From Candidatus Latescibacterota bacterium (GTDB lineage Bacteria; Latescibacterota; UBA2968): a stretch of DNA of 64,000 nucleotides. Each line of letters opens with the position of its first letter. The first letter of the stretch is position 1. The notes below the pieces were generated by a model. It saw only the letters and a list, made by a program, of their open reading frames with translations, had not been told where the DNA came from and did no database searches. The stretch is taken from assembly GCA_965198115.1 (NCBI GenBank), contig OZ240241.1, forward strand, positions 960,001 to 1,024,000, read 5' to 3'. The position numbers and the translations under genes are program-made. This document shows positions 21,645 through 31,414 of this stretch, in pieces.

Positions 21645-22430
21645 ATGTTGACCGATAGCCAGCTGATCCACTACGAAACGTTCGGATTCGTCGTCCTTCG
21701 CGAGGTCTTCACACGCCAGGAGATGGATACCCTGTCGGATGAGTTCGATTCCGGACTCTCAGCCGCTTATGCGCATCGTCCCTTCAACGGAACCGAGCGT
21801 CACTGGCTGATGATGTTGGGGCCGGATACCCCGCTCTTTGCTTCGCTCCTCGAAGACGAGCGCTTCAGTGAGGTGGCCGAACAGCTCTACGGAGACGATG
21901 TGTTCGCGGTCGGGTGTGATGCCAACCAGTATGTCGGCGATACGCGATGGCACCCCGATCATCGGATCGACCCGAGTGAAGACTGCTTTGGCGTTAAATT
22001 CGCGTTCTACCTGGATCCTGTCGATGGAGACTCCGGCGCGCTGCGCGTCATCCCAGGTTCACACAAGGAGCCGTTGCACAGCGAGATCAAGACGAATCTG
22101 GAACGGATGGAGATCGACATTCCCGACGTTCCCGGGTACGTGTGCGCATCGAGCCCGGGCGATGTCGTCGCTTTCGACATGCGCACCTGGCACTCGAGCT
22201 GGGGCGGGTCGAACGGGCGTCGTATGAGTACGTGCGTCTACTACAACAACCCTAGGACCCCCGAGGAAGAAGCGGCAACGCGCGGACGGGCGGCCAACAA
22301 CAGGAAGACCCTGGATCGGTTCCACCGACCGAACGACCCATACTATCATCCCCATTGGCTCGAGAATCACGAAGGCCATCCGAAGCGGCAAAAATGGCTG
22401 AAGCGTCTCACCCAACTCGGGTTCCTCTGA
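21645..22430 (+). CDS. PhyH family dioxygenase
   Basis: WHPD, GALRVIPGSH, PGDVVAFD-x3-WH. Confidence 0.88.
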   Translation: MLTDSQLIHYETFGFVVLREVFTRQEMDTLSDEFDSGLSAAYAHRPFNGTERHWLMMLGPDTPLFASLLEDERFSEVAEQLYGDDVFAVGCDANQYVGDTRWHPDHRIDPSEDCFGVKFAFYLDPVDGDSGALRVIPGSHKEPLHSEIKTNLERMEIDIPDVPGYVCASSPGDVVAFDMRTWHSSWGGSNGRRMSTCVYYNNPRTPEEEAATRGRAANNRKTLDRFHRPNDPYYHPHWLENHEGHPKRQKWLKRLTQLGFL

Positions 22431-22482
22431 GAATGAGATGAAGGTCTCGGCTCTGCGTGTGATGGATCGAGAAGCCTGACAC

Positions 22483-23511
22483 GTGTGGGTCTGTGTCTCC
22501 GGCTTGATGGCGCTGCCCGTCCTCTTCGGGATCGATGCGGGTTATTACGTCCACCTGGCCAGAGGTCAATGGAATCTGCTGTGGAACCAGGTCCCGATCG
22601 AGCACGTGCTGGCCGACGAAGATCTGGACCCGGGGACACGAGAGCGACTTGAACTGGTCGTGGAGATTCGACGTTTCGCGGTCCGGGAATTGGGTCTTGA
22701 GGCGTCCGACACCTACTCCCGGTATTGCGACGTCGGTCCCGGCCCGGTGATCTGGGCGCTCACGGTCTGTCCTGCCGATCGTCTCGAACCGGTTCGATGG
22801 TCCTATCCGATCGTCGGGTCCGCGCCTTATCGTGGTTTTTTCGATCGTGAGCGCGGGGAAGCGGCCCGATCGAGCTACGAGGCCGATGGCTACGATACGG
22901 TTCTCCGACCGGTCGGCGCCTTCAGCACGTTGGGGTGGTTCCCGGATCCGATGTTGAGTTCGATGCTTCGCTACTCCGTCGCAGATCTGGCCGACACGGT
23001 GTTTCACGAACTGATGCACGCCACGGTTTGGATCCCTGACCACGCTGATTTCAACGAGACGATGGCCAGTTTCGTTGGGCGCCAGGGGGCAAAGGTCTGG
23101 CTCGACAGGCGTCCAGCGGGGCAGGATAGTATTCGCGTATCCGAAGATGCGAGAATGGATCGAGTGGCCTTACGCAGGATGTTGGGGGAGGCCGCTGCCA
23201 GACTGGATTCGTTGTATGGCTCGGCGACGCCACGTTCGCTGAAGCTGGCGAGGAAAGACAGTGTGATCTCCCGACTCCGCGGCAGACTGGAGTCGGAATC
23301 CTGGCGAACGAGCAGATACAAGGATTTCGATCGATGGACGATCAACAATGCGACGTTGGCGATCCATCGGACGTATGACCGTGACTCGAACCTGTTCGAT
23401 CGCGTCCATACTCGCCTGGGCAGCGACCTGGCACGTACGATCGACTTTCTTCGTGATGTGGAAGCTGCCGACCCATACGGGCATCTACAGACGTGGGTCG
23501 ACACCCCGTGA
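22483..23511 (+). CDS. Putative zinc aminopeptidase (DUF2265/Aminopep family)
   Basis: 'PYRGFF', 'AFSTLGWFPDP', HEXXH 'FHELMH', 'FNET'. Confidence 0.85.
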   Translation: MWVCVSGLMALPVLFGIDAGYYVHLARGQWNLLWNQVPIEHVLADEDLDPGTRERLELVVEIRRFAVRELGLEASDTYSRYCDVGPGPVIWALTVCPADRLEPVRWSYPIVGSAPYRGFFDRERGEAARSSYEADGYDTVLRPVGAFSTLGWFPDPMLSSMLRYSVADLADTVFHELMHATVWIPDHADFNETMASFVGRQGAKVWLDRRPAGQDSIRVSEDARMDRVALRRMLGEAAARLDSLYGSATPRSLKLARKDSVISRLRGRLESESWRTSRYKDFDRWTINNATLAIHRTYDRDSNLFDRVHTRLGSDLARTIDFLRDVEAADPYGHLQTWVDTP

Positions 23512-23816
23512 CGAATGACCTGACCGAGGCTGTGCGCCGGGCGGTCTGTGCCATTCCCGAGGGTACGGTCGCGACATACGGTCAGATCGCAGACGCCGTC
23601 GGGACCGGTCCGCGGCAGGTTGGACGCGCGTTGCGGCTAGTCCCCGATGGCCGGGCGTGTCCATGGCATCGGGTGGTGAATGCGCACGGCCGAATCTCCG
23701 ACCACGGGAGTGAAGATCGCCAGCGCCGTCGCCTGGAACAGGAGGGCATAGAGTTCGATGATCTGGACCGGATTGATCTGAATGTCTACGGATGGGACGT
23801 TTCTGAATGGAAATGA
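23508..23816 (+). CDS. MGMT-family alkyltransferase-like protein (Atl/YbaZ type)
   Basis: 'IPEGTVATYGQIA', 'PRQVG', PWHRV (Trp replaces the catalytic Cys). Confidence 0.88.
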   Translation: MTNDLTEAVRRAVCAIPEGTVATYGQIADAVGTGPRQVGRALRLVPDGRACPWHRVVNAHGRISDHGSEDRQRRRLEQEGIEFDDLDRIDLNVYGWDVSEWK

Positions 23817-23837
23817 GTCACGAGGGAGCGTCGGAGG

Positions 23838-23866
23838 TTGACAACATCTATGTTTCTTATTAGGTT
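23838..23866 (+). promoter_or_regulatory. Sigma70-type promoter for HU/bS22/tRNA
   Basis: TTGACA-17 nt-TAGGTT. Confidence 0.55.
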
Positions 23867-23943
23867 AGCGCACTCAATAGCTCGGCCTTCGGCTGACGCA
23901 ACGAGGCTGAATCGCATCCTTGTGCGGTGGGAAAGAGACTGAG

Positions 23944-24222
23944 GTGACCAAGGCCGATATTGTCAATCAGATTGCGGACGCAACGGGGCTGACCAAGACC
24001 GACACGGCAGCCGTCGTGGAAGGATTCCTGGCTTCGGTCGTCACGGCGTTGCGCGATGGAGAGCACCTGGAAATTCGTGGGTTCGGTACCTTCAAGGTGG
24101 TTCGAAGGGCCAGCCGGACCGGACGGAACCCGAAGACGGGCGACGTGGTGAAGATTCCCGAACGGCCCGTGCCGGTGTTCAAGCCGTCACGCGAGCTTCG
24201 TGCATCCGTCGAAGAGAAATAG
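23944..24222 (+). CDS. HU/IHF family nucleoid protein
   Basis: TKADIV...IRGFGTF...GRNPKTG...FKPS. Confidence 0.95.
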   Translation: MTKADIVNQIADATGLTKTDTAAVVEGFLASVVTALRDGEHLEIRGFGTFKVVRRASRTGRNPKTGDVVKIPERPVPVFKPSRELRASVEEK

Positions 24223-24269
24223 AGAGTCGTCGATCGTCATCCGACCCAATCCAAGAGAGGGGAGCTCGC

Positions 24270-24362
24270 GTGCCTAGTGGAAAAAAGCGCAAGCGTCAGA
24301 AAATCGCGACGCATAAGCGCAAGAAGCGTCGCCGCAGAGATCGTCATAAAAAGAAAGTGTAG
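24270..24362 (+). CDS. 30-aa basic protein, ribosomal protein bS22/mS38 (AURKAIP1/COX24) type
   Basis: GTG start after GAGGGGAG; MPSGKKRKRQKIATHKRKKRRRRDRHKKKV. Confidence 0.85.
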   Translation: MPSGKKRKRQKIATHKRKKRRRRDRHKKKV

Positions 24363-24379
24363 GGTAACGGAATCGGTCT

Positions 24380-24456
24380 GGGGCATTAGCTCAGTTGGAT
24401 AGAGCGCTGGTCTCCGGAACCAGAGGTCACAGGTTCGAATCCTGTATGTCCCACCA
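24380..24456 (+). tRNA. tRNA-Arg(CCG)
   Basis: Acceptor GGGGCAT/ATGTCCC, anticodon arm CTGGT-CTCCGGA-ACCAG, T loop TTCGAAT, encoded CCA. Confidence 0.95.
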
Positions 24457-24482
24457 TCTCGGCCCGAAACACGCCGAATCGA

Positions 24483-24519
24483 GCTCCCCGAGGGTTTTTT
24501 GCCCTCGGGGAGCCTTTTT
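24483..24519 (+). terminator. Rho-independent terminator
   Basis: GCTCCCCGAGGG/CCCTCGGGGAGC 12-bp stem followed by a T-run. Confidence 0.85.
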
Positions 24520-24710
24520 ATGCCGATATAGAGTGAGACGCGGACTGCCGATGATAAATGGAGGAACCCTGGCCGGGTTTCGTCGTCAAATCGGACGAAA
24601 CATCCCGTAACCCGCTTTCGTCCAATGATCTACACGAAGCGGGGGAACATTAGCCCGATTCTGGCGTATAATTAGGGTTAGAGTCGGCCATTTTTCGACC
24701 GACGTGGAGG

Positions 24711-25592
24711 TTGGCAGGATTGAACAAGGATCAGACCAGTAAAGATCGTGGTCGCTTCGGCCACGACCCTTCTGTGCAGCGCTATCTCAGAGAGCTACGC
24801 AATTATCCGCCTATGACCCGTAAGGAGGAGGAGCAGACCCTCGTGCGGGCCAAAAAGGGCGATGCCAAGGCCGTCGAAGCCCTCCTGACAGCGAATCTGA
24901 GGTTCGTGGTCAGCGTCGCTCTCGAGTATCAAGGCAGGGGCGTCGCGCTTTCCGATCTCATTGCCGAGGGCAACGTTGGCCTGATCGAGGCGTTGAAGCG
25001 CTTCGACGAGAAGCGAGGATTCAAGTTCATCAGCTACGCAGTCTGGTGGATTCGACAGGCGATTTTGAACGCCCTCAAGAAGACGTCGACGGTGTCGATG
25101 CCGGCCAATCGCCAGGAAGACATGGACCGAATGGCGAGACGTTGGGGCCAGATGACACAGGAGCTCGGTCGCGTCCCGACGCTCGACGAAGTGGCCACCG
25201 ACATGAAAATCAGTCGGAAGCGCGCTGAACGGGCCCTGCGATGTGTACGTTCGGATCTGTCGCTCGACTCACCCCTCGAACCGTCCGGCGATCAGAGCCT
25301 GATGCAGCTTCTCAAGTCGGAAGGGCCCGACCCCGACGACCCGGTCCTCGAAGGGGACCGGGATGACCTGGTGCGCGATTCGGTCGGGTCGTGTCTGGAT
25401 CCGCGAGAGGGCGAAGTCATCCGTGCCTATTTCGGGCTCGATGGCAAGGAGCGGCGAACGCTCGGAGAGATTGGCGGCACCCTGGGTGTCACACGGGAGC
25501 GGGTCCGTCAGATTCGCAACCGGGCGCTCGGCAAACTGCGGCGGCACCTCAAACAGCGGATTCCGGGTGACAACTGGCACGATTTACTCTGA
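24711..25592 (+). CDS. RNA polymerase sigma-70 family factor (RpoD/RpoS-like, no region 1.1)
   Basis: NLRFVVSVA, DLIAEGNVGL, FKFISYAVWWIRQ, TRERVRQI. Confidence 0.95.
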   Translation: MAGLNKDQTSKDRGRFGHDPSVQRYLRELRNYPPMTRKEEEQTLVRAKKGDAKAVEALLTANLRFVVSVALEYQGRGVALSDLIAEGNVGLIEALKRFDEKRGFKFISYAVWWIRQAILNALKKTSTVSMPANRQEDMDRMARRWGQMTQELGRVPTLDEVATDMKISRKRAERALRCVRSDLSLDSPLEPSGDQSLMQLLKSEGPDPDDPVLEGDRDDLVRDSVGSCLDPREGEVIRAYFGLDGKERRTLGEIGGTLGVTRERVRQIRNRALGKLRRHLKQRIPGDNWHDLL

Positions 25593-25612
25593 TTTCTGCC
25601 ACGATCGATGAT

Positions 25613-25648
25613 AAGCGGGCGTTCCCGATGCGGGTTCGCCCGCTTTTT
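25613..25648 (+). terminator. Rho-independent terminator
   Basis: AAGCGGGCG...CGCCCGCTTTTT. Confidence 0.7.
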
Positions 25649-25780
25649 CGTGAGTGCGGAGGACACACGACAGGGCTCGGAGTTGATTTAAGTCGTTCAA
25701 ATCCTTAGATTTCGCGTGTCTGTCACCCGGTCCCGCCAGTTTCGAATCCCCCGCCGCGGGCCCGAACACGGAGGGCAGAT

Positions 25781-26710
25781 GTGGCTTCGGTGACCACACC
25801 CGAGTCTGATCTCGCCGGGAATGGATCCTCCCGTGTCGGACCACCTGGGAACTCTTTCGTCCGAAACATCGTCAGTGTTGCCCGCGAAGTGGTTCGGCGG
25901 TCGATTCGTCACGACTGTACCGAAGTAGCCGGCGAAATGGCCTTCGACTTTTCGTTCTCGATCTTTCCGGCCGCGCTCTTTGCTGCGATGCTGGCAGGAC
26001 TGCTCGATCTGTCCCCCGAGGCCGTGTCCAGGTCCCTCGAGGTGATGGGGATTTTCCTGCACGAACAGGTTCGAGAAATGGTCGAATCAAACGTGAGTGC
26101 ACTCGTTGAAAGCAGCTCTCAGCCGCTGCTCACAATCGGTTTTCTGGGGGCGGTGTGGGCCGCGTCCAGCGCGATCAACGCGACGATTAAAGCATTGAAC
26201 CGGGCCTACGAAATCCAGGAACGCAGGAGTTTCTGGTATCGGCGGTCTCTGTCCGTCGGGCTGATGTTCGGAGTGGGGTTCGGCATGTGCATCTGTTTCA
26301 ACCTGCTGATCATGGGCTCGTGGATCGAAACACAGCTCCTCGTGCGACTAGGTCTGGAGGACTACGTGCCCGCGACGGTTTCCTTCCTCAAGTGGCCGGT
26401 CGGCTTTCTCGGTTGTATCACCGTAGCCGCGCTGGTCTATCGCATCGCCCCGAACTGCAAGCCTCGTTTGAAGGATCTGCTGCCGGGCGCGCTGTGGTTT
26501 ACAGCGCTGTGGTTTCTGCTCTCTCAGGCGTTCGGAACCTACGTGTCGAACTTCAGCTACTACAACCGGGTCACGGGAACGCTCGGGGTGTTCATCATCT
26601 TTCAACTCTGGGTCTACCTGACGGCTCTCATCTTCCTGCTGGGCGGAGAGTTGAACGCTTCTCTAACCGAGCGAAAGACGCGGTTGCTCGAGGCACTCGC
26701 AGGCGTCTGA
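25781..26710 (+). CDS. YihY/virulence factor BrkB family membrane protein
   Basis: 'ALNRAYE', 'LYRIAPN'-like, 'LLGGELN' motifs. Confidence 0.88.
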   Translation: MASVTTPESDLAGNGSSRVGPPGNSFVRNIVSVAREVVRRSIRHDCTEVAGEMAFDFSFSIFPAALFAAMLAGLLDLSPEAVSRSLEVMGIFLHEQVREMVESNVSALVESSSQPLLTIGFLGAVWAASSAINATIKALNRAYEIQERRSFWYRRSLSVGLMFGVGFGMCICFNLLIMGSWIETQLLVRLGLEDYVPATVSFLKWPVGFLGCITVAALVYRIAPNCKPRLKDLLPGALWFTALWFLLSQAFGTYVSNFSYYNRVTGTLGVFIIFQLWVYLTALIFLLGGELNASLTERKTRLLEALAGV

Positions 26711-27486
26711 TGGAATACCTCTTCAGGCCGATTGGCCGCAAGGTCGGGAACTTCCTGACGCACATGTTCCACACTTCCCGCTTTTTCGTGCGGATGGTAG
26801 GGGAGCTCAGACACCTCCTGTTTTACCGACGCCAGGTGGTCGAGCAATGCTACTCCGTCGGTGTGGGTTCATTCTCGCTGGTTTGCCTCGTGTCGGCGTT
26901 CAGCGGAATGGCTGTGGCCATCCAGATGGCCTACCAGATGGAGGCGTATGTGCCCGACTACATGGTCGGGAGCATCGTCGTCCGCTCAGTCGTCCTGGAG
27001 TTGGCCCCGGTCCTGATGGGGCTGGTCCTGGCCGGACGTGTCGGTGCGGGTATCGCATCGGAACTGGGCACGATGAAGGTCTCCGAGCAGGTGGATGCGT
27101 TGACCTCGATGGCCGTCGATCCTGTTGGGTATCTCATGATGCCTCGATTTATCGCGGGCATTCTGATGATCCCGGTGCTGGTCGTCTTTTCGAGTGCCCT
27201 TTCCATCTTCATGGGCTTCGCCATGTCGATCCTCAAGATGGACATCAGCATCTACAACTTCGTGAAAGGCATGAAACTCGACTTCCAGACTTACGATGTG
27301 GTCGTCGGACTCACCAAGTCAATCGTCTACGGTGGGACGATCACCTTCGTCGGCAGCTACGTCGGGTTGACGACGGAAGGGGGCGCACAGGGTGTGGGCA
27401 GGGCGGCCACCGCGGCGTGCGTCATCAGTTCTGCCCTGATTCTGGTCCTGGACTACTTCCTGACGCACACGATGCTGGTCGCCTGA
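26710..27486 (+). CDS. mlaE: MlaE-type ABC permease
   Basis: 'ELAPVL', 'AGRVGAGIASELGTMKVSEQVDAL', 'GVGRAAT'. Confidence 0.92.
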   Translation: MEYLFRPIGRKVGNFLTHMFHTSRFFVRMVGELRHLLFYRRQVVEQCYSVGVGSFSLVCLVSAFSGMAVAIQMAYQMEAYVPDYMVGSIVVRSVVLELAPVLMGLVLAGRVGAGIASELGTMKVSEQVDALTSMAVDPVGYLMMPRFIAGILMIPVLVVFSSALSIFMGFAMSILKMDISIYNFVKGMKLDFQTYDVVVGLTKSIVYGGTITFVGSYVGLTTEGGAQGVGRAATAACVISSALILVLDYFLTHTMLVA

Positions 27487-28241
27487 TGGGTGCGGTCAAG
27501 AACGGACAGGCGATTCTGTTCGAGGGTGTGCACAAACGGTTCGACGACAACCGAGTGTTAAACGGGCTGTCGCTCGAGATTCCGTGGCGCAAGGTGACGA
27601 CGATCCTCGGACCCAGCGGCTGCGGGAAGAGCGTGACACTCAAGCACGTGATCGGAATCCTCGAGGCCGACGAAGGACGCGTCGTGGTGGACGGCCAGGA
27701 CATGACTCATATCCGGCGAGCCGATCTTTTGGAACTCCGCAAGCGGATCGGCGTGCTGTTCCAATCGTCGGCGTTGTTCGACTCGATGAATGTGTTCGAG
27801 AACGTCGCCTTTGGGCTACGTATGCATCGCCGGATGGCGGAAGGGGACATTCGCGATCGCGTGGCCGTCTGCCTGAACCAAGTGGACCTCTCCGGTGCCG
27901 AGGACACCATGCCCGTGGACCTGTCGGGCGGGATGCGAAAACGTGCGGCGCTGGCCCGAGCCATCGCTCTCGAGCCCGACTTCATCCTCTACGACGAACC
28001 GACCACAGGGCTGGACCCACGGACGGCCAACGTCGTGGCTGATCTGATTCTGCAGCTGCAGGAGGATCTGGACATCACATCGGTCGTGGTGACACACGAC
28101 ATTCCACTCACACTGAGAATCTCGGACAAGATCGCACTGATCGACCAGGGCGTCGTCGCGGCATCCGGATCGCCGGAAGAAGTCGAACAGAGCCCGATCT
28201 TCAGGAAATTCTTCGAGGGAGAGTTGGGGAGCTTTAGATGA
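27486..28241 (+). CDS. mlaF: MlaF-type ABC ATPase
   Basis: GPSGCGKS, LFQSSALFDS, LSGGMRKR, YDEPTTGLDP. Confidence 0.92.
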   Translation: MGAVKNGQAILFEGVHKRFDDNRVLNGLSLEIPWRKVTTILGPSGCGKSVTLKHVIGILEADEGRVVVDGQDMTHIRRADLLELRKRIGVLFQSSALFDSMNVFENVAFGLRMHRRMAEGDIRDRVAVCLNQVDLSGAEDTMPVDLSGGMRKRAALARAIALEPDFILYDEPTTGLDPRTANVVADLILQLQEDLDITSVVVTHDIPLTLRISDKIALIDQGVVAASGSPEEVEQSPIFRKFFEGELGSFR

Positions 28242-29149
28242 AGCGTGACCGTGAAGTCATCTTGGGAGCCATCGTCTTCGCCGCTGTTTCCATCGTGGTG
28301 ATCGGGACGACGTGGCTATCGGAGAATTATTGGGGTGCTGCGGGTGGATATAAGATCGTCACGACCTACGACTCGGTTATGGGGCTCAACAAGGGCGCTC
28401 ACGTGACGATCCGCGGCGTGAAGGTCGGGAAGGTGCTCGAAGTTCACATGGAACGCGGACGACCATTCGTCACGGTCGGGCTATTGAGCATCCGCAACCT
28501 GCCGCGCGACAGCAAATTCGTCCTCAGAAGTCAGGGCATGCTCGGCGATCGGATGATCGAGGTTCGAGTGGGCAAGTCGGAGGAAGTCTTCAAGGACGGG
28601 GACCTGGCCATCGGACATTCCGAGCTGGGACTGGAGGACCTCACGGCCGATGCCGCCGACATGACGAATCAGGTCAGGACCGTCATCGACAGCATAACGG
28701 CGCCGGAAAACATCACACGTATGACGCGTGTTCTGCGGAGCGTGGATACGACGGCCGCGGTGATGCGCGAGGTCGTTGTGAACAACCGTGAGCGGCTTGC
28801 GTCGACGATCGAGAACCTCTCGGATGCCTCCTCCGATGTGAGCGCGATGACAACGGCCAGCCGGGATCGGATTCGGGCATCCGTCGAAAACCTGGAAAAG
28901 ACGACGGCGGGGCTCTCCAAATCGGCCGAAAACCTAGAAAGGGCGACGCTGTCACTGGATCAGATGATGGTTAACCTGAGCGAGATCAGCTCCAAAATCA
29001 ACAGCGGCCAGGGGACACTCGGCCGTCTGGTGAACGACCCGAACGTCTACACGGGATTGGAGTCAGCGCTGACGTCGGTCGACAGTCTTCTCGAGGCTGT
29101 GAAGACCGATCCCGGGCGCTACCTGAACTTTAAGTTCACCATTTTCTAG
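28238..29149 (+). CDS. mlaD: MlaD/MCE family protein
   Basis: N-terminal TM, 'GL...V.IRGVKVGKV', 'GMLGDR', helical tail with 'GTLGRLVND'. Confidence 0.88.
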   Translation: MKRDREVILGAIVFAAVSIVVIGTTWLSENYWGAAGGYKIVTTYDSVMGLNKGAHVTIRGVKVGKVLEVHMERGRPFVTVGLLSIRNLPRDSKFVLRSQGMLGDRMIEVRVGKSEEVFKDGDLAIGHSELGLEDLTADAADMTNQVRTVIDSITAPENITRMTRVLRSVDTTAAVMREVVVNNRERLASTIENLSDASSDVSAMTTASRDRIRASVENLEKTTAGLSKSAENLERATLSLDQMMVNLSEISSKINSGQGTLGRLVNDPNVYTGLESALTSVDSLLEAVKTDPGRYLNFKFTIF

Positions 29150-29154
29150 GAGAC

Positions 29155-30048
29155 GTGATGCGGGCGATCGCACTCGTGTGGGCGGTCTTGGTGGGCGCTT
29201 CCCTCGTGGAAGCCGGAGAGCTCAAGTGGCAGCTCTGGCAGGAGGCGGAAGGCATCACTTTTGGTGGCTTCGTCGACGAGATGAGCAGCATCAAGCTCAT
29301 CGACGGCGGCGACGGTAAAGACCGGCGCATCGTCTACGGCGACCGGCTCGGCCTGATCCACGCCGTTCGGTTCGAGGATGGGCGATTCCAGGAGGAATGG
29401 GTAAGTCCAACCCTGCGCGGCCCGATCTCCGAGATCTTCTTGGAGGACGTGAACGCCGACGAGAAACTGGAGATCGTCGCCTATACTGAACTGGGCGAAA
29501 TCATCATGTTCAGCGCCGATGGCTACAAGGAGATCTGGCGATCGACGGACGACGAGTTCGAGACGATATCGGCCATGGTCGTGGCTGACATCGACGATGA
29601 TCCGCAGATGGAATTGATCTTCACCGCAGAATCGGTCGCCGACGTTTCCGGCTACCGTGCGACGAGCCGAGGGGGGTCTCCCGAAGATGCCGAGCAGGCG
29701 CGGGAACAGGAAATTTCGCGTCTCTACGTCTACGACAGCCTCTTTACCTTTCGCGAATGGAGTACGGAGCAGGGCCTGACCGGGAGCAACATCGTCGTTG
29801 CCGATCTGGACGATGACGGAATCCTCGAAATTGCGCTGAACTCGGGGTTCATCGTCGATGCGTCGTTCCAACGGGTCGAATGGCGTTGGCCCGATGGCTT
29901 CGGAAGTCGAATCGGATACGCAGACCTCGACGGTGACGGAATTCCCGAGCTGATCGGTGAATACGAGTCGGTCACCCGGCCGCGAAGAACGATCCGCGTC
30001 TTCGACGTCGACCTGCAGGCTGAAAATTTTCTGAGCACCGGACGCTGA
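29155..30048 (+). CDS. Secreted FG-GAP/VCBS-repeat protein
   Basis: Signal peptide; repeats DVNADEKLEI, DIDDDPQMEL, DLDDDGILEI, DLDGDGIPEL. Confidence 0.75.
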   Translation: MMRAIALVWAVLVGASLVEAGELKWQLWQEAEGITFGGFVDEMSSIKLIDGGDGKDRRIVYGDRLGLIHAVRFEDGRFQEEWVSPTLRGPISEIFLEDVNADEKLEIVAYTELGEIIMFSADGYKEIWRSTDDEFETISAMVVADIDDDPQMELIFTAESVADVSGYRATSRGGSPEDAEQAREQEISRLYVYDSLFTFREWSTEQGLTGSNIVVADLDDDGILEIALNSGFIVDASFQRVEWRWPDGFGSRIGYADLDGDGIPELIGEYESVTRPRRTIRVFDVDLQAENFLSTGR

Positions 30049-30054
30049 CCCTTT

Positions 30055-31290
30055 ATGGCCGAATCGCCCCCATCCACGGCGGTGGACGCCATCCCGGAAC
30101 AAAGGGGGGATCGCACTTTTTTCAAGGTCGCGATCCTCGTCTTCCTCGCCTTCCTCACCTACCTCCTGCTACCGAGCCTGTCACCGATTCCCATCGGCGC
30201 GTCGATCCTGCTGCTGCTGTTTTTGAGCCACAGACGCGCGCGTTTCGAGCTGGGCGTCGGTCTGGTGTTCTTCGTGCTCATCTTTGCCTTCATCTTCCAC
30301 GAAGTCGCCGGTATGCTCTGGCCCTTCGTGGTTTCGATTATCCTCGGTTACTTGCTCGAACCACTCGTTGGGGTTCTGGGGAAGCATATGCCCCGATCAC
30401 TCGCGATTAGAGTGATCGCCCTCCTGCTGCTCGGAGCTCTTACGCTGATCGGAGCGCTGCTGGTTCCCCTCGTCATTTCCGAGGTGTGGGATCTCGTCCG
30501 ACGGCTGCCCGATTACGCGGACTACTTCCGAGAGCTCTACGTCAGAATCGAGGACTACCTGAGGGCGTACGGATACGAGGGCTACGCCTCCGAGCTTCAG
30601 CAACGCGTGATCGCCAAGCTGCCCGAGGTGGGCAAGCTATTCGCCGATCAGACCACATCCGCGCTTCGCGGATTGACGTCGAGGATCGCGGCTTTGTTGA
30701 ACCTGCTGATGATTCCGTTCCTGACTTACTACATCCTCAAGGACTTTGGCCGAATCAAGCAGGTTCTGTCAGAGGTGTTCCCGGTGCGGCATCGAGGTCG
30801 CATCCTGAATTTCGTTGGCAGTGTCGACACGGTGTTGGGTCAGTACATCCGGGGACAGATCGTTGTTTCGACGTTCGTCGCCGCGCTGACCGCCCTGGGT
30901 CTCTCCCTGTCGGGTGTTCGATACGCCGTGGTTCTGGGTCTCACGGCGGGGGCACTCAACCTGATACCGTATGTTGGAATCGGAACGACGCTGTTGATCT
31001 CGCTCTTCGTCGCAGCACTCGACATCGATCCGTGGATCAAGTGTTTCAAGGTTCTGCTGGTGTTCCTCATCGTTCAGTTCGTCGAAGGCAACTTTCTGTC
31101 GCCCAGAGTGGTGGGTCAACGGGTCGGGTTGCACCCCGCGTGGGTCATTTTCGCGCTGGTCATCTCGGCGAATCTGTGGGGATCTCTGGGCATGGTCATC
31201 GCCATTCCAGGTGCCGCGGTCGTAAACATCATCGTGCGTCTCGTGTCGACACGTTATTACGAATCGGCCTATTACAGCGCAGGAGAGTAG
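30055..31290 (+). CDS. AI-2E family transporter
   Basis: 'YIRGQ', 'IPYVG', 'VEGNFLSPRVVG..VGLHP'. Confidence 0.9.
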   Translation: MAESPPSTAVDAIPEQRGDRTFFKVAILVFLAFLTYLLLPSLSPIPIGASILLLLFLSHRRARFELGVGLVFFVLIFAFIFHEVAGMLWPFVVSIILGYLLEPLVGVLGKHMPRSLAIRVIALLLLGALTLIGALLVPLVISEVWDLVRRLPDYADYFRELYVRIEDYLRAYGYEGYASELQQRVIAKLPEVGKLFADQTTSALRGLTSRIAALLNLLMIPFLTYYILKDFGRIKQVLSEVFPVRHRGRILNFVGSVDTVLGQYIRGQIVVSTFVAALTALGLSLSGVRYAVVLGLTAGALNLIPYVGIGTTLLISLFVAALDIDPWIKCFKVLLVFLIVQFVEGNFLSPRVVGQRVGLHPAWVIFALVISANLWGSLGMVIAIPGAAVVNIIVRLVSTRYYESAYYSAGE

Positions 31291-31323
31291 GATCTTTGAA
31301 CCGAGTGTGAAGGCCGCCCTGTA

Positions 31324-31352
31324 TTGACTTTATGATGGTGGTAGACTATCAT
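31324..31352 (+). promoter_or_regulatory. Sigma70-type promoter
   Basis: TTGACT-17 nt-TATCAT upstream of the small membrane-protein pair. Confidence 0.65.
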
Positions 31353-31414
31353 ATAAGGCACTCTGATAGAACCGCTTACTGATTTCCTCCGAATCTCTCC
31401 CTCTGGAGGACTTT

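Noticed and set aside
4009-30102. Long antisense or alternate-frame ORFs (4009-5202, 7400-8581, 7822-8991, 16193-17149, 29146-30102)
   Set aside because: Shadows of well-supported genes in high-GC DNA, with no motifs of their own.
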